The notes under the pieces: generated by a model | The model's input: only the letters and a program-made list of their open reading frames with translations | Databases searched by the model: none | What the model was told of the DNA's origin: nothing | Program-made: the position numbers and the translations under genes | From: Candidatus Methanosuratincola verstraetei | GTDB lineage: Archaea > Thermoproteota > Methanomethylicia > Methanomethylicales > Methanomethylicaceae | Length of the DNA stretch: 64,000 bases | Direction: 5' to 3' | Assembly (NCBI GenBank): GCA_049570475.1 | Contig: CP186953.1 | Location: 160,001 to 224,000, forward strand | Part shown: in pieces, positions 38,576-48,208 of the stretch | Numbering within the stretch: position 1 is the stretch's first letter | Layout: every line of letters begins with the position of its first letter

Positions 38576-39193
38576 TCAAATTATTTTCATTACCGCATCC
38601 AGCCCCTTTCTCCTCGGCCTAGGCCTCACTTCGGACTTAGGGTACCCGAGCCCCACCACGGCTGAGAGCCGAAGCTCTGGATCATTCACTCCTAGCAGCC
38701 TTTTTAGTTCTCCCTCAAGGAGTAGCGGCACCCCAAACCAGCAAGATCCGATGCCCAGGCCACAAGCTGCGAGCATCATGTTCTCAATAGCTGCGGCACA
38801 GCTCTGGTGGGCCCAGATCTCCTCAATGCGAGGATCGTTGTAAACCCTCTCCCTTAGGTCAGCGAAAACAGCCACATAAAGGGGCGCGAGATAGTACTCG
38901 CTGCCGGATCCAGCCACCCAAGACTCGAACTTCTCATCACTCCACGCCTTCTTCATTAGCTTGGTGAAATATTCCCGGTGCGCCTCGAGCAGGAGCTTAT
39001 GGAGGCGAATTCGCGCCTCACCGGACTCGACTACAACAAAATGCCAAGCCTCTGCCCCGCCTGCAGTCGGCGCCCTGATGGCAGCCTCCAAGATCAATTT
39101 CCTTGAAGACTCATCAATTGGGGTTTCTTTGAAGAGCCTCACCGAGCTGCGCTGCCTCAATACCTCCAAGAGATCAGCCAATCCGCTCACCAA
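38576..39193 (-). CDS. Nitroreductase family protein
   Basis: RSSVRLF, APTAGGAEAWHF, AAIENMMLAA, GIGSCW, LGYP. Confidence 0.9.
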   Translation of the reverse strand: MVSGLADLLEVLRQRSSVRLFKETPIDESSRKLILEAAIRAPTAGGAEAWHFVVVESGEARIRLHKLLLEAHREYFTKLMKKAWSDEKFESWVAGSGSEYYLAPLYVAVFADLRERVYNDPRIEEIWAHQSCAAAIENMMLAACGLGIGSCWFGVPLLLEGELKRLLGVNDPELRLSAVVGLGYPKSEVRPRPRRKGLDAVMKII

Positions 39194-39238
39194 TTAAAAA
39201 AAGAGTGGGACGGCAAAAAAAACGTTGCCTCGGCTAGG

Positions 39239-40387
39239 CTACCGATCAAAAGCCTTCTCTATCCTGTCCATCGCCTCGCCCAGGCGCTCAACCGGGACGG
39301 TGTAAGCAAGCCTCAGGTGCCCCCTGCCTGCAGCCCCGAAAGTGGACCCAGGGACTGCCGCCACCCTTGCCTCAACAAGCAGCTTCTCGGAGATCTTCAG
39401 GTCATCCCCAACAAAGGGGAATATATAGAATGCACCGCCCGGCTTCACCACGCTGAAACCCGGGATTTGCTTCAGCCGGCGGTAGATGTAGTCCCTCCTC
39501 CGCATGTATTCCGATCGCATCTGGCTTACTGCAGCCTGGCTCCTAGGATCTGAAAGGGCACGGGCGGCCGCATATTGTGCGAAAGAAGTGGGGCATGCAG
39601 ACAGGTACATCTGGAACTTCACCATCCTCGCGATCAAATCCTCTGGGCCTGCAGCATACCCGATCCTCCACCCAGTCATCGCATAAGTCTTCGACAGGCT
39701 GCCCACAGTGATAAACCTCCCAGGCTCGGATGCGACAGAGGCAGGGCTTACATGGCGGATGCCGTCGTAGACCAGCGACTCGTAGACCTCGTCGGACACT
39801 ACCGCCAAGCCGTGATCCTCAGCGAACTCAACGGCTGCCCTCACATCTTTCTCAGTGAGAACCGCCCCCGTGGGGTTGTTTGGAGAGTTGAGCACGATCG
39901 CGCGGGTCCTCTCTGTCAGATGCCTTTGCAGGTCATCAGCAGTCAAGACAAATCCGTTTTCCATCTTCAGCGGGACTTCGACGGGAACGCCGCCAGCCAA
40001 CCGGACGGTCGCGCTGTATGTCACGAAGTGGGGCGATGGGATCAATACCTCGTCCCCCTCCTTAAGGAATGATGCCCATATGAGGAGGAATGCCTGGTTG
40101 CCCCCCGTGGTGACGATTATCTCCTTGTCAGGGTCGGCAAAGATAGAGTTCTCTTTTTTGAGCTTTTCAGATATCGCGTCCCTAAGCTCCTTGAGCCCAT
40201 TGTTTGGCGTGTAGTGTGTTATTCCCCTGTCCAGGGCCTCCTTTGCATATTCTTTTATGTGCGCAGGCGTGTCGAAATCAGGCTCTCCTATCCCAAGAGA
40301 GATGACGTCGGCGTATTTGCTAGAGAGTTCAAAAAGGCGCCTAATCCCCGAGGCGGGTATCTCTTCTAGACGGTCGTGTAGCGACAT
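39239..40387 (-). CDS. PLP-dependent aspartate/aromatic aminotransferase (class I/II)
   Basis: LGIGEPDF, NSPNNPTG, SDEVY, SKTYAMTGWRIG. Confidence 0.92.
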   Translation of the reverse strand: MSLHDRLEEIPASGIRRLFELSSKYADVISLGIGEPDFDTPAHIKEYAKEALDRGITHYTPNNGLKELRDAISEKLKKENSIFADPDKEIIVTTGGNQAFLLIWASFLKEGDEVLIPSPHFVTYSATVRLAGGVPVEVPLKMENGFVLTADDLQRHLTERTRAIVLNSPNNPTGAVLTEKDVRAAVEFAEDHGLAVVSDEVYESLVYDGIRHVSPASVASEPGRFITVGSLSKTYAMTGWRIGYAAGPEDLIARMVKFQMYLSACPTSFAQYAAARALSDPRSQAAVSQMRSEYMRRRDYIYRRLKQIPGFSVVKPGGAFYIFPFVGDDLKISEKLLVEARVAAVPGSTFGAAGRGHLRLAYTVPVERLGEAMDRIEKAFDR

Positions 40388-40436
40388 TCTAATCAACAGG
40401 AGGTAGTCCATGGGATTTAAAAGGGTTTATGCCAGA

Positions 40437-41585
40437 TCACTGGAAGAGGTACTCTTCGGAACCCCTCCTTATCAGGACGGCGTTCTTACCGTTCGATCTC
40501 TCGCACCTGCCGATAACATGGGCGCCCACCTTGAACTTCTCGGCCGATCGTATCACTTCTTCTTCTTGCCCCTTGCCTACTACGACTTCCATCCCTATCC
40601 CCATGTTGTAGTTGCGGCACATCTCCCTTGGCGACTCGCCGCTCTCCTTGCCGATCAGCCTGAAAATAGGATCCGGATCTGGGAGGCTGTCCTTGATGTA
40701 GAGTATATCCTTACCGATCCTGAGGGACTTTGTAAGGCCGCCCCCGGTGTTATGGACTAACGCCTTGACAGGCACACGCTTGAGCATATCGATCACAATC
40801 GGGAGGAATATCCTCGTAGGGGAGAGCAATGCCTCGCCCACGGTCATCCCGAGGTCGGGCAGATCGTCGTCGATCCAGTATCTGCCGTAGTATCCCCTGG
40901 AGCCCTCTTGACCGATCTCAGGGTATTTCTTGAAGTAGTCGCTCCTGAGCAGAGAATGCCTGGCAAGAGAGATCCCGTTGCACATGATCCCGCTGTTCTC
41001 CCTCTCCTCGTAACTGCATCGTCCGCCGCTCACTATCCCCACAATCACGTCGCCAGGAGAAATATCATTGCCAGTTATCATATTCTCAAGTTTAACCCGC
41101 CCGAAGACTGTGCCGGAGACGTCCAGAGTCCTTATTATGTCCGGGAGGTCGGCCGTCTCCCCGCCGCAGAAGAGAACCCTGCAGCCCAGACGACCCAAGG
41201 TTCCGAATGTCCTTGAGAACCCAGAGGCGAGCGATGAGAGCAGGGATTCCCTCTCGAGCCGGATCGTGTTCAGCGCGACATAATCCGAGAATGCTACGGG
41301 CACCCCCCCAACGCAAACAACATCGTCGAGATTCATCGCCAGAACGTCCTGAGCGAGCCCAGAGAACCAGCTGTAATCGCCGGTCTCTCTGGAATAGATG
41401 TAAGATATTATTGGCTTGCTGCCAGCCCCGTCCTCATGGAGAATCAGGCCCGACTTCGGATCGTCCGGGTCTCGTACAACGCTGCAGAACGAGTCTGGGA
41501 AGAGGTCATGCGTCACTCCCTTTATCGATGAGATTCCCTTCTTGTCGACATCCACTCCAAGTTCAGAGTACTTCGATCCGGGCAA
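40437..41585 (-). CDS. purM: AIR synthase (PurM family)
   Basis: YSELGVD, DGAGSK, AMNLDD, GGETA, NGISLAR, HNTGGG, NMGIGM. Confidence 0.85.
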   Translation of the reverse strand: MPGSKYSELGVDVDKKGISSIKGVTHDLFPDSFCSVVRDPDDPKSGLILHEDGAGSKPIISYIYSRETGDYSWFSGLAQDVLAMNLDDVVCVGGVPVAFSDYVALNTIRLERESLLSSLASGFSRTFGTLGRLGCRVLFCGGETADLPDIIRTLDVSGTVFGRVKLENMITGNDISPGDVIVGIVSGGRCSYEERENSGIMCNGISLARHSLLRSDYFKKYPEIGQEGSRGYYGRYWIDDDLPDLGMTVGEALLSPTRIFLPIVIDMLKRVPVKALVHNTGGGLTKSLRIGKDILYIKDSLPDPDPIFRLIGKESGESPREMCRNYNMGIGMEVVVGKGQEEEVIRSAEKFKVGAHVIGRCERSNGKNAVLIRRGSEEYLFQ

Positions 41586-41683
41586 GCTAGATCATCACCC
41601 ATCAAGGGGGCAATCCACACTCATAAACGTTCTCAGCGACCCCACCTTTTTATAGTTTGAAGTAGGATGTTTTTACGTGAAAC

Positions 41684-41977
41684 TTGATGAGCGAAGAACT
41701 CAAGGAGCGCCTCGAGGAGCTTGTCTTCAAGTGGGTGAAGAGGCAGCTTGAGGACGGGAACTGCAGGATGAACCTCAGGATTGAGATCGACACCCCAATC
41801 GAACTGAAGGGCATGAAGGGGAGGATCCGCGGCGACATACTGCTTGGCGGGGTTCAGACGGACGAGCCAGCCAAGACGGATCCAGGAGCTGAGCCGCAGG
41901 ACTGCAAGAAGGATGTGGCAGAAGCTGAGATGAGCCTACAGGAAGTCGAAAAACTCCTCAGATCCCTCGGGGTGTGA
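41684..41977 (+). CDS. Hypothetical protein (97 aa)
   Basis: Fills a gap between annotated genes with typical codon style; no motif recognised. Confidence 0.65.
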   Translation: MMSEELKERLEELVFKWVKRQLEDGNCRMNLRIEIDTPIELKGMKGRIRGDILLGGVQTDEPAKTDPGAEPQDCKKDVAEAEMSLQEVEKLLRSLGV

Positions 41978-42015
41978 TGATTATCGTGCAGGCGGGGTCT
42001 TGAAAAAATTAAAAA

Positions 42016-42555
42016 TCATGGCTTCTTTATCCTGAAGACCAGGCTGAGGTTCGATACGTACTTGAATTCGGGCTTCATGCCAAGCGTGGACTCTAGGGAA
42101 GCCTCAACGTAGTTCTTAACAAATAGGGACCATTTTTCCCCCATATTGTGGGACGCCCTTATTTCCAGATAGTCCTCGTCTTCAACCTCGTAGCAGGTAG
42201 TCCAGTTCGAATAGCCGCAGAGGAACATTAAGAAGAATTGCTTGAATGCGCTGACTGACAGCTCTCCGAAGAGCAGGAGCATTATCTCTTTAGAGGTTGC
42301 AGATCCCATTTTGCGCCCTATCTTAGCCACAGACTCTTCGTCAAGCGCATTGATTATCTCTATAAGGTCGTTCCTTGGGAGGGTGACCACTCCCATCTGC
42401 TCGACCTTTGCGCCTATCCTCACATATTTCCTCAAAATCCTGCAGGTCAGGCCATTCACAGTTGCGCCTTGCTTTTTTGCCTCTTCCTCCAGCCCCCGCA
42501 TGACATCAGCATCAAGGCGGAATGTCCTGGGGGCAGACTGCCCTTCTTCGCCCAT
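42016..42555 (-). CDS. Putative transcription regulator: N-terminal ribbon-helix-helix plus C-terminal alpha/beta domain
   Basis: PRTFRLDADVMRGLEEEAKKQGATVNGLTCRILRKYV fits the RHH pattern; downstream of the hydrogenase operon. Confidence 0.6.
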   Translation of the reverse strand: MGEEGQSAPRTFRLDADVMRGLEEEAKKQGATVNGLTCRILRKYVRIGAKVEQMGVVTLPRNDLIEIINALDEESVAKIGRKMGSATSKEIMLLLFGELSVSAFKQFFLMFLCGYSNWTTCYEVEDEDYLEIRASHNMGEKWSLFVKNYVEASLESTLGMKPEFKYVSNLSLVFRIKKP

Positions 42556-42700
42556 TTGTCGCTCGCCTTTTTGACTGTAGTTCCTCTGCCAATTTAACAT
42601 TATTCATTGCCTCCCAAATCAAGGAAGACTTTGCAAACACTGTTGGCGGAAGTTGCACGGTTCTAAAGCCGAAGCCGCCGCCCAAAATGGGAAGCATAAA

Positions 42701-43147
42701 TCACTTCTTCGAGCGCTTTTCGGCAAGCTTCAGGATCCCCTGCACCACCCCATTAATTATTGCTTCAGGCTTTGGGGCGCACCCTGGCACATATACATCA
42801 ACAGGTATCAGCAAGTCAGGGTGCCCGAGTATTGCATAATTCTCTGGAGCGTCATCGTAGAAGAGGCTGCCGCCGCAGGCACAGCTTCCGACCGCGACCA
42901 CAACCTTCGGCGCCGGGACCTGTTCGTATATCCGCTTTACCATCGGGATGAACTGCTTCGGTACGCATCCCGTCGTCAGCAGTATGTCGGCATGCCTGGG
43001 GGACGGCACGAGCTGGATCCCGAAGCGCTCGACATCGAACCGAGGGGCCAGCGCAGCCAAGGTCTCTATGTCGCATCCGTTGCAGCCGCCGCAGTGCAGG
43101 TGGTAGAGCCAGGGCGAGTATATCCGAGCCTTGTCCATTATCCCCAT
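42701..43147 (-). CDS. Group 4 [NiFe]-hydrogenase small subunit (EchC/NuoB-like)
   Basis: CGGCNGCDIE, SPRHADILL, GSCACGG, VPGCAPKP. Confidence 0.93.
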   Translation of the reverse strand: MGIMDKARIYSPWLYHLHCGGCNGCDIETLAALAPRFDVERFGIQLVPSPRHADILLTTGCVPKQFIPMVKRIYEQVPAPKVVVAVGSCACGGSLFYDDAPENYAILGHPDLLIPVDVYVPGCAPKPEAIINGVVQGILKLAEKRSKK

Positions 43148-43734
43148 CAGACTCCCTCCAGCCAGACGTACTTCTTCGTATGGGTGTCTAAATCGACACC
43201 ATAAGCCCTCCTGCAGTCAGGGCAGTATCCGTCAAGTTTCTTGTAGTCGTTCGAAACGGTCTCCTTAACGATCGGGTCGATCTTCTCCATCAACCTCTCA
43301 TAAGTCCTGTCCACGAGCTTCCTTGTCACATACGGGGTGCCGCAGTTCTTGCACTTGAGGAGGTCGAGCTCGGTGAGGACCCGCGCCGCAGGATCCTCCC
43401 GGTTGGGGACTGCTATCTCGAACTTGTTAGTCATCTTTATCGCCTCCTCGGGGCAGGCCTCCTGGCAATGGGCACAGAAGGTGCACCTGAAGAGGAAGAT
43501 CTCAACTGTCCGCTTTTCGCCTTTGTCGTATATGCTGGTAGCCCTCCCGGAGCAGACGAAGTAGCAGGCCCTGCAGCCGATGCACTTGTCTTTGTCCCGC
43601 TCAGGTATGCCACGGAGCCCTTCAGGTATCTGGCTATACCGCCTGTCAGGGGCTACCCCAGACGGGTATGTCAGGGTCATCGGTTTGCTGTACTTCGACA
43701 GAACCTGTTTGAGGATCTTAATTTCAGTAGACAT
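43147..43734 (-). CDS. Hydrogenase 2x[4Fe-4S] subunit (EchF/NuoI-like) with an extra C-terminal CxxC pair
   Basis: CIGCRACYFVC, CTFCAHCQEACP, CKNC...CPDC. Confidence 0.9.
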   Translation of the reverse strand: MSTEIKILKQVLSKYSKPMTLTYPSGVAPDRRYSQIPEGLRGIPERDKDKCIGCRACYFVCSGRATSIYDKGEKRTVEIFLFRCTFCAHCQEACPEEAIKMTNKFEIAVPNREDPAARVLTELDLLKCKNCGTPYVTRKLVDRTYERLMEKIDPIVKETVSNDYKKLDGYCPDCRRAYGVDLDTHTKKYVWLEGV

Positions 43735-43735
43735 T

Positions 43736-44710
43736 TCACACCACCAACCATATCGCCAGAGCGATAATGAAATTCAGCATCCCCAGCGGGATCGCCACTT
43801 TGAGATACCAGTTTATCGCGTTCCTGATCCTGTATCTCGGGTTCAAGACCTGGACCGAAGTGAGCAGGAAGACCAGCACCACAGCCGCCACGATATACAG
43901 CGGAAGCCAGAGCACGTCGGTGGCAATCGGCGGGAGGAAGAGTGAGATGAAGAGCGCCACAAGCCCGTAGAGAAGGAATACCTTGGTCAAATAGTAAGTC
44001 CCCAAAAGCTTCCCCGAGTACTCGGTGTATGGCCCCGCAACTATCTCCGCCTCTGCCTCGGGCATATCGAAGGGCTTTATGTGCAGCTTCCCCAGCATGG
44101 CTACAAACATCAGAGCGCCCGCAGTCACTGTGAGCAGCGCCAGGTACAATGACTGACCTCCTGATGAGATCTCCCATATGACAAGCGACTGCCTGGCAAT
44201 GGCAACTGCGAAGAGGCTCAGCACGAATCCGAGCTCAGAAACGAGGAAGAGCTCGACCTCTCTCCTCGCGCCTATTGCTGCCCATGGCGATCCGCTCGCG
44301 ACGGGCCCGAGGATTGTGAAGAGTATCGATGCGATAAGCAAGTATGACGCGATTATCAGGCTATATGGAACCCAGGAGAGCAGCGGCATCCCAGGGAACG
44401 GGATGAAGAATATTGCGGCAACCGCAAAGAACAGGGACAGGAACGGGGAGTAGACGAAGAGTCGCCTTCTCGAAACATCAGGGACTATCGTCTCCTTGCC
44501 GTACAGCTTCAGGATGTCATAGAGCGGCTGCAGCAACCTGGTCGTCCCAAGCAGAGGCTTCAGGTCGCCGTACATCCTCAGCATCGGCCCTACCCGCCAC
44601 TGGAACCTTGCAGAGAGCTTCCTCAACAAGTAGGAGTATATGACTCCCAAGAATAGAGCCAAGGGCACTATAACAATCAAACTGATCACTGTAAAGATCA
44701 AATCTACCAT
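43736..44710 (-). CDS. Hydrogenase membrane subunit (EchB/NuoH-like)
   Basis: RKLSARFQWRVGP, QPLYDILKL, PFDMPEAEAEIVAGPYTEYSG, PRYR. Confidence 0.92.
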   Translation of the reverse strand: MVDLIFTVISLIVIVPLALFLGVIYSYLLRKLSARFQWRVGPMLRMYGDLKPLLGTTRLLQPLYDILKLYGKETIVPDVSRRRLFVYSPFLSLFFAVAAIFFIPFPGMPLLSWVPYSLIIASYLLIASILFTILGPVASGSPWAAIGARREVELFLVSELGFVLSLFAVAIARQSLVIWEISSGGQSLYLALLTVTAGALMFVAMLGKLHIKPFDMPEAEAEIVAGPYTEYSGKLLGTYYLTKVFLLYGLVALFISLFLPPIATDVLWLPLYIVAAVVLVFLLTSVQVLNPRYRIRNAINWYLKVAIPLGMLNFIIALAIWLVV

Positions 44711-46413
44711 CTGCTCGCCCTCCTGCTCAAGTTTACTAGCTGATCCCATGTCAGGATCTTCCTGCCACCATCCCTATTGTCAATTACCTCTAACCTGTCG
44801 GTGCATGCGAGGCACTGGTCAGTGCTGCCCATCACCACCGGGACGTCCGCCAGGTTCGATCCGACGAGCATCAAGGGGATAATTGCATTGTTCCTGTAGC
44901 TGGGCGTCCTTATCCTCACAGTGTGCGGCAAACTCGAGTCTTTGTCGGATGCCCTGATGTAGTAAGCGAGCTCCCCTCTGGGCGCCTCGTTGAGTCCTAC
45001 AGCCTCAGCCCCCAGCGGGACTGTCTTTGGCTTGATCCTTATGTCGCCAGTTGTCTTGGCCAAATACTCCAAGCACTGGGAAACGATACTGCAGGAGACG
45101 AGCAGCTCCTTGACCCTGACTAGCGTCCTCCCGAATGTGTCACAGTGGTCATCTGTGATGACCTCCCAAGAGATCACCTTCGGGTCGTAGATTGCGTGGG
45201 GCGGATTGTCTATCCGGACGTCGATCTTCCAGTCGCTAGCCCTTGCCACAGGACCGACTGCGCCCCCGTCGTAAGCCTGCGCCCTCGTGAGCGGGCCTAC
45301 TCCGATGAGCCTCGACTTCACGACCGGGTGATCTGCTACTAGCAACAGCAACTTTGCGCACTCTTCCCGCAGCGCGTCGACCGTCCTCTTCGCCTTCTCG
45401 GCAAGCTCCTGCGGAACATCCCTGCTGACCCCGCCCATCCTCCAAATGCCATAGTTGACCCTGTTCCCTGTAATGGCTTCAATTATGTCCATTACGCGCT
45501 CCCTGAGACCCCAAGTCAGCATGAAACCAGTTTTCCACCCGATCACATCCGCAACCACGCCGACCCAGAGGAGGTGGCTGTGCATCCTGTTGAGCTCCGC
45601 GAGCAGGGTCCTTATGTATAGCGCCCTCTCAGGGACCTCTGACTCATAGAGGTTCTCTGCGCATGTGATATAAGCAAGCCCATGGGCTGCCGAGCAGATC
45701 CCGCATACCCTCTCGGCAAGGAACGCGCCCTTGTTGTAGCCCCTCCGCTCTATGAGCTTCATTATTCCGCGGTGGTGGAACCCAGTCTTTATGTCTGCAG
45801 CGACGACCTGCTCCCCCTCGACCTTTACGTAGACGATCTGGCCCTCGATGACGCCTGGGTGGTACGGGCCGATCGGTATTAGCGTCTGGTAGGCCTCCTC
45901 GATAGGCATCCTCAGCGGCAGGTACATCTCCTTGGCCGTCGTGGAGCCATCGAATTTGTACCCCTCGGGGATCGATCCGCTCTCAACAGGGTTTGGCCAC
46001 TCGTGGGGCAGGAACTGGTGCCGCGGGTCGGGCATCCCGGACGGCTTGACCCCCAGCAGCTCTTTCATTTCCCTCTCTGCCCAAGTCGCCTGCCAAGTGA
46101 TGTTTGCAATCGAAGGGAATTCAGGGCTGTCCTTGTCGACAATTGCCTTGACGATTACAACGAGCCTGTCCTTAAACTTGGAGAAGTCATAAATGTGCAG
46201 GATCTCGAAGCCCTTCAGCTCCAGATCGACTGCTGTTGCATGAATGAGCCTCGCCTCGAATTTTTTCACGAAGAGCTCCGCTACCTTTGTGAGATCGCCG
46301 GGGGCAACCTTAACAATCACCCGGTTCTCCCTGAGCGGAACGTATTCTAGGCCATCAGGGTATATCTCCTTCTTTACGTACTCAGCAACATCAGGAGCGG
46401 TCTCGAATTTCAA
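44704..46413 (-). CDS. Group 4 [NiFe]-hydrogenase large subunit, fused to a NuoC/EchD-like domain
   Basis: WAEREMKELLG (NuoC-like), GPYHP, L1 ERVCGICSAAH, EAPRGE, L2 DQCLACTDR followed by a C-terminal extension. Confidence 0.92.
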   Translation of the reverse strand: MKFETAPDVAEYVKKEIYPDGLEYVPLRENRVIVKVAPGDLTKVAELFVKKFEARLIHATAVDLELKGFEILHIYDFSKFKDRLVVIVKAIVDKDSPEFPSIANITWQATWAEREMKELLGVKPSGMPDPRHQFLPHEWPNPVESGSIPEGYKFDGSTTAKEMYLPLRMPIEEAYQTLIPIGPYHPGVIEGQIVYVKVEGEQVVAADIKTGFHHRGIMKLIERRGYNKGAFLAERVCGICSAAHGLAYITCAENLYESEVPERALYIRTLLAELNRMHSHLLWVGVVADVIGWKTGFMLTWGLRERVMDIIEAITGNRVNYGIWRMGGVSRDVPQELAEKAKRTVDALREECAKLLLLVADHPVVKSRLIGVGPLTRAQAYDGGAVGPVARASDWKIDVRIDNPPHAIYDPKVISWEVITDDHCDTFGRTLVRVKELLVSCSIVSQCLEYLAKTTGDIRIKPKTVPLGAEAVGLNEAPRGELAYYIRASDKDSSLPHTVRIRTPSYRNNAIIPLMLVGSNLADVPVVMGSTDQCLACTDRLEVIDNRDGGRKILTWDQLVNLSRRASRW

Positions 46414-47313
46414 TTATTTCCCCTCCTTGAGTTTCTGTATGAGCTTAGTCGGCGGTATGGGACGGCAGTACATCATGCCAAAGTCCTCCGGCTTGTACCC
46501 GAATGAGAGGGCGAGGAGCTCTGAGAAGTGCACGATCGGGGTTTCAAAGGCAATGCCCTTCTCATCTTTGTAGACTTTCACAGCCCTCTCGAATTGGTCA
46601 TAGCACCCTGAGCAGATGAGCGCATAAGCATCTATGTCCAATTCCTTTGCGGTCTGCATCTTCACGCCTATCCTTTCGAATATCGAGGTCTTCGGATCTG
46701 CGAAATACAACAGAAGCCCGCAGCAGGTCTTGTCGTAGGGCGTGTCGACTATTGTGGCGCCCGTTGCGCGCATTATCTCATCGAAGTACATTGGGAACCG
46801 CTCGTCGTGCTTCCTCGCGTGGCAGCCTATGTGACGCATTATCCTTATGTTGAGCGGCTTGACCACGTTTGCCTTTATCTTTTCGATCCCGACATCCTCG
46901 TAAAGCACCTGGAGGAAGTGCTTCACATCCGTGCTGAGTGTGACCTGCAGCCCCGCCTTCTCCAGGTTCCTGTTGACCATCTCAAGCTTCTCTGGATCTT
47001 CTTTGAGCTCCTGGAGGCACTCCCAATGCGATATGTAGCAACCGTTGCACGAATCAACTATAACTATATTCTGCTTCTCAGCCGTTGCCAGGTTCTGGCT
47101 CGTCAGCGTCAGCCACCAGTCGGGGTTAATCGCCTTCCATACCCCAGGGCGCACGCAGCAGACGCTCTCCTTCATGTAATCAAAATCGAGCCCGAGATGC
47201 TTCGAAACCAAGAAGGTTGCCTTTTCCGCCCAAGGCATTTTAGCGGGCATCACGCAGCCCAAGAAATAGCCGTACTTAGTTCCAGTTGAACCCGATGACA
47301 CTTTTGTTCCCAT
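46414..47313 (-). CDS. hdrB: Heterodisulfide reductase subunit B-like protein (two CCG domains)
   Basis: FLGC...CCVRPG...CNGC and HIGCH...CCG...CSGCYDQF. Confidence 0.82.
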   Translation of the reverse strand: MGTKVSSGSTGTKYGYFLGCVMPAKMPWAEKATFLVSKHLGLDFDYMKESVCCVRPGVWKAINPDWWLTLTSQNLATAEKQNIVIVDSCNGCYISHWECLQELKEDPEKLEMVNRNLEKAGLQVTLSTDVKHFLQVLYEDVGIEKIKANVVKPLNIRIMRHIGCHARKHDERFPMYFDEIMRATGATIVDTPYDKTCCGLLLYFADPKTSIFERIGVKMQTAKELDIDAYALICSGCYDQFERAVKVYKDEKGIAFETPIVHFSELLALSFGYKPEDFGMMYCRPIPPTKLIQKLKEGK

Positions 47314-47324
47314 TTGTTTCCACC

Positions 47325-47681
47325 TCAATATTTGAAGTAGCCCTTCTTCTTGTCGAAGCCGAGCTCTTTCATTATCCCTGACTCCTCCAAGATCTTACGC
47401 TTCCTCTCCAAAGCTTCCTTGAAGGTATGGGCGGTCGGAGGCTTCTTCTCCAGCCCGCAGAGTGCCCGGTCCTGCTCGACATCATCCCCAACATAATAGA
47501 CCAAGCCCACTTCGAAGTCCCTCTTCAAGGAGGCTTTTGCGATGTTTGGCGCCGCAGGCCTGAATTGCTTCCTGAGGGGGTACATCTTTGCCTCTTCGTC
47601 CTGATTGTGCTCGGTTGCCTTCAGCCCAGCCTCGAGCAACTTCTCCCAGCTCTTTATCCGATCAGAATCGCCAGACATCAT
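47325..47681 (-). CDS. Small protein resembling the C-terminal helical part of HdrC, without Fe-S motifs
   Basis: RALCGLEKKPPTAHTFKEAL...ILEESG recalls the HdrC tail; a single Cys; directly upstream of hdrB. Confidence 0.55.
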   Translation of the reverse strand: MMSGDSDRIKSWEKLLEAGLKATEHNQDEEAKMYPLRKQFRPAAPNIAKASLKRDFEVGLVYYVGDDVEQDRALCGLEKKPPTAHTFKEALERKRKILEESGIMKELGFDKKKGYFKY

Positions 47682-48208
47682 TTGCCACCCCTCAATTTTT
47701 TGACATATTCAAATGCCTCCTTCCTCGGAAGCAGCCTCAGCGCATTCGAGCTGCACATCTGGACGCACATGGGCCATTCCCCATCGCAGAAGTCGCACTT
47801 GACATAGACTTTCCGCTCCTCGTCAAGCCTCGGTATCCCAATCGGGCAGGCTTGGTTGCATGTCCCGCACCCGACGCAGAGCAACGGCGATATTCGGACT
47901 ATCCCCTTCTCATCCTTGTAAATGGCTTCCTTCGGGCATGAGGCGAGGCACATTGGGAAGACGCAATGCGAACAGTTTGCGTTCACATACCGGCCCTTGT
48001 TGATCGGGTCCTCGTAGACGTAGAGCAGTCCGAACCGCCTGTCAAACGTCCTGAAGTGCTTGTATGCGCAACCGATCATGCACTGCCCGCATCCCGTGCA
48101 CTTGGTCTGATCATGGATGATCACGAGATCCGTGACCTTCTCTTTAGTGCCCGGGACGGGAATTGGTTCCTTAAGCTTCTTTTGTGGAGCCACTATGTAT
48201 GACATCAT
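47678..48208 (-). CDS. 4x[4Fe-4S] electron-transfer protein (HycB/CooF/DmsB-like)
   Basis: CTGCGQCMIGC, CSHCVFPMCLASCP, CVGCGTCNQACP, KCDFC...CVQMC. Confidence 0.88.
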   Translation of the reverse strand: MMSYIVAPQKKLKEPIPVPGTKEKVTDLVIIHDQTKCTGCGQCMIGCAYKHFRTFDRRFGLLYVYEDPINKGRYVNANCSHCVFPMCLASCPKEAIYKDEKGIVRISPLLCVGCGTCNQACPIGIPRLDEERKVYVKCDFCDGEWPMCVQMCSSNALRLLPRKEAFEYVKKLRGGK

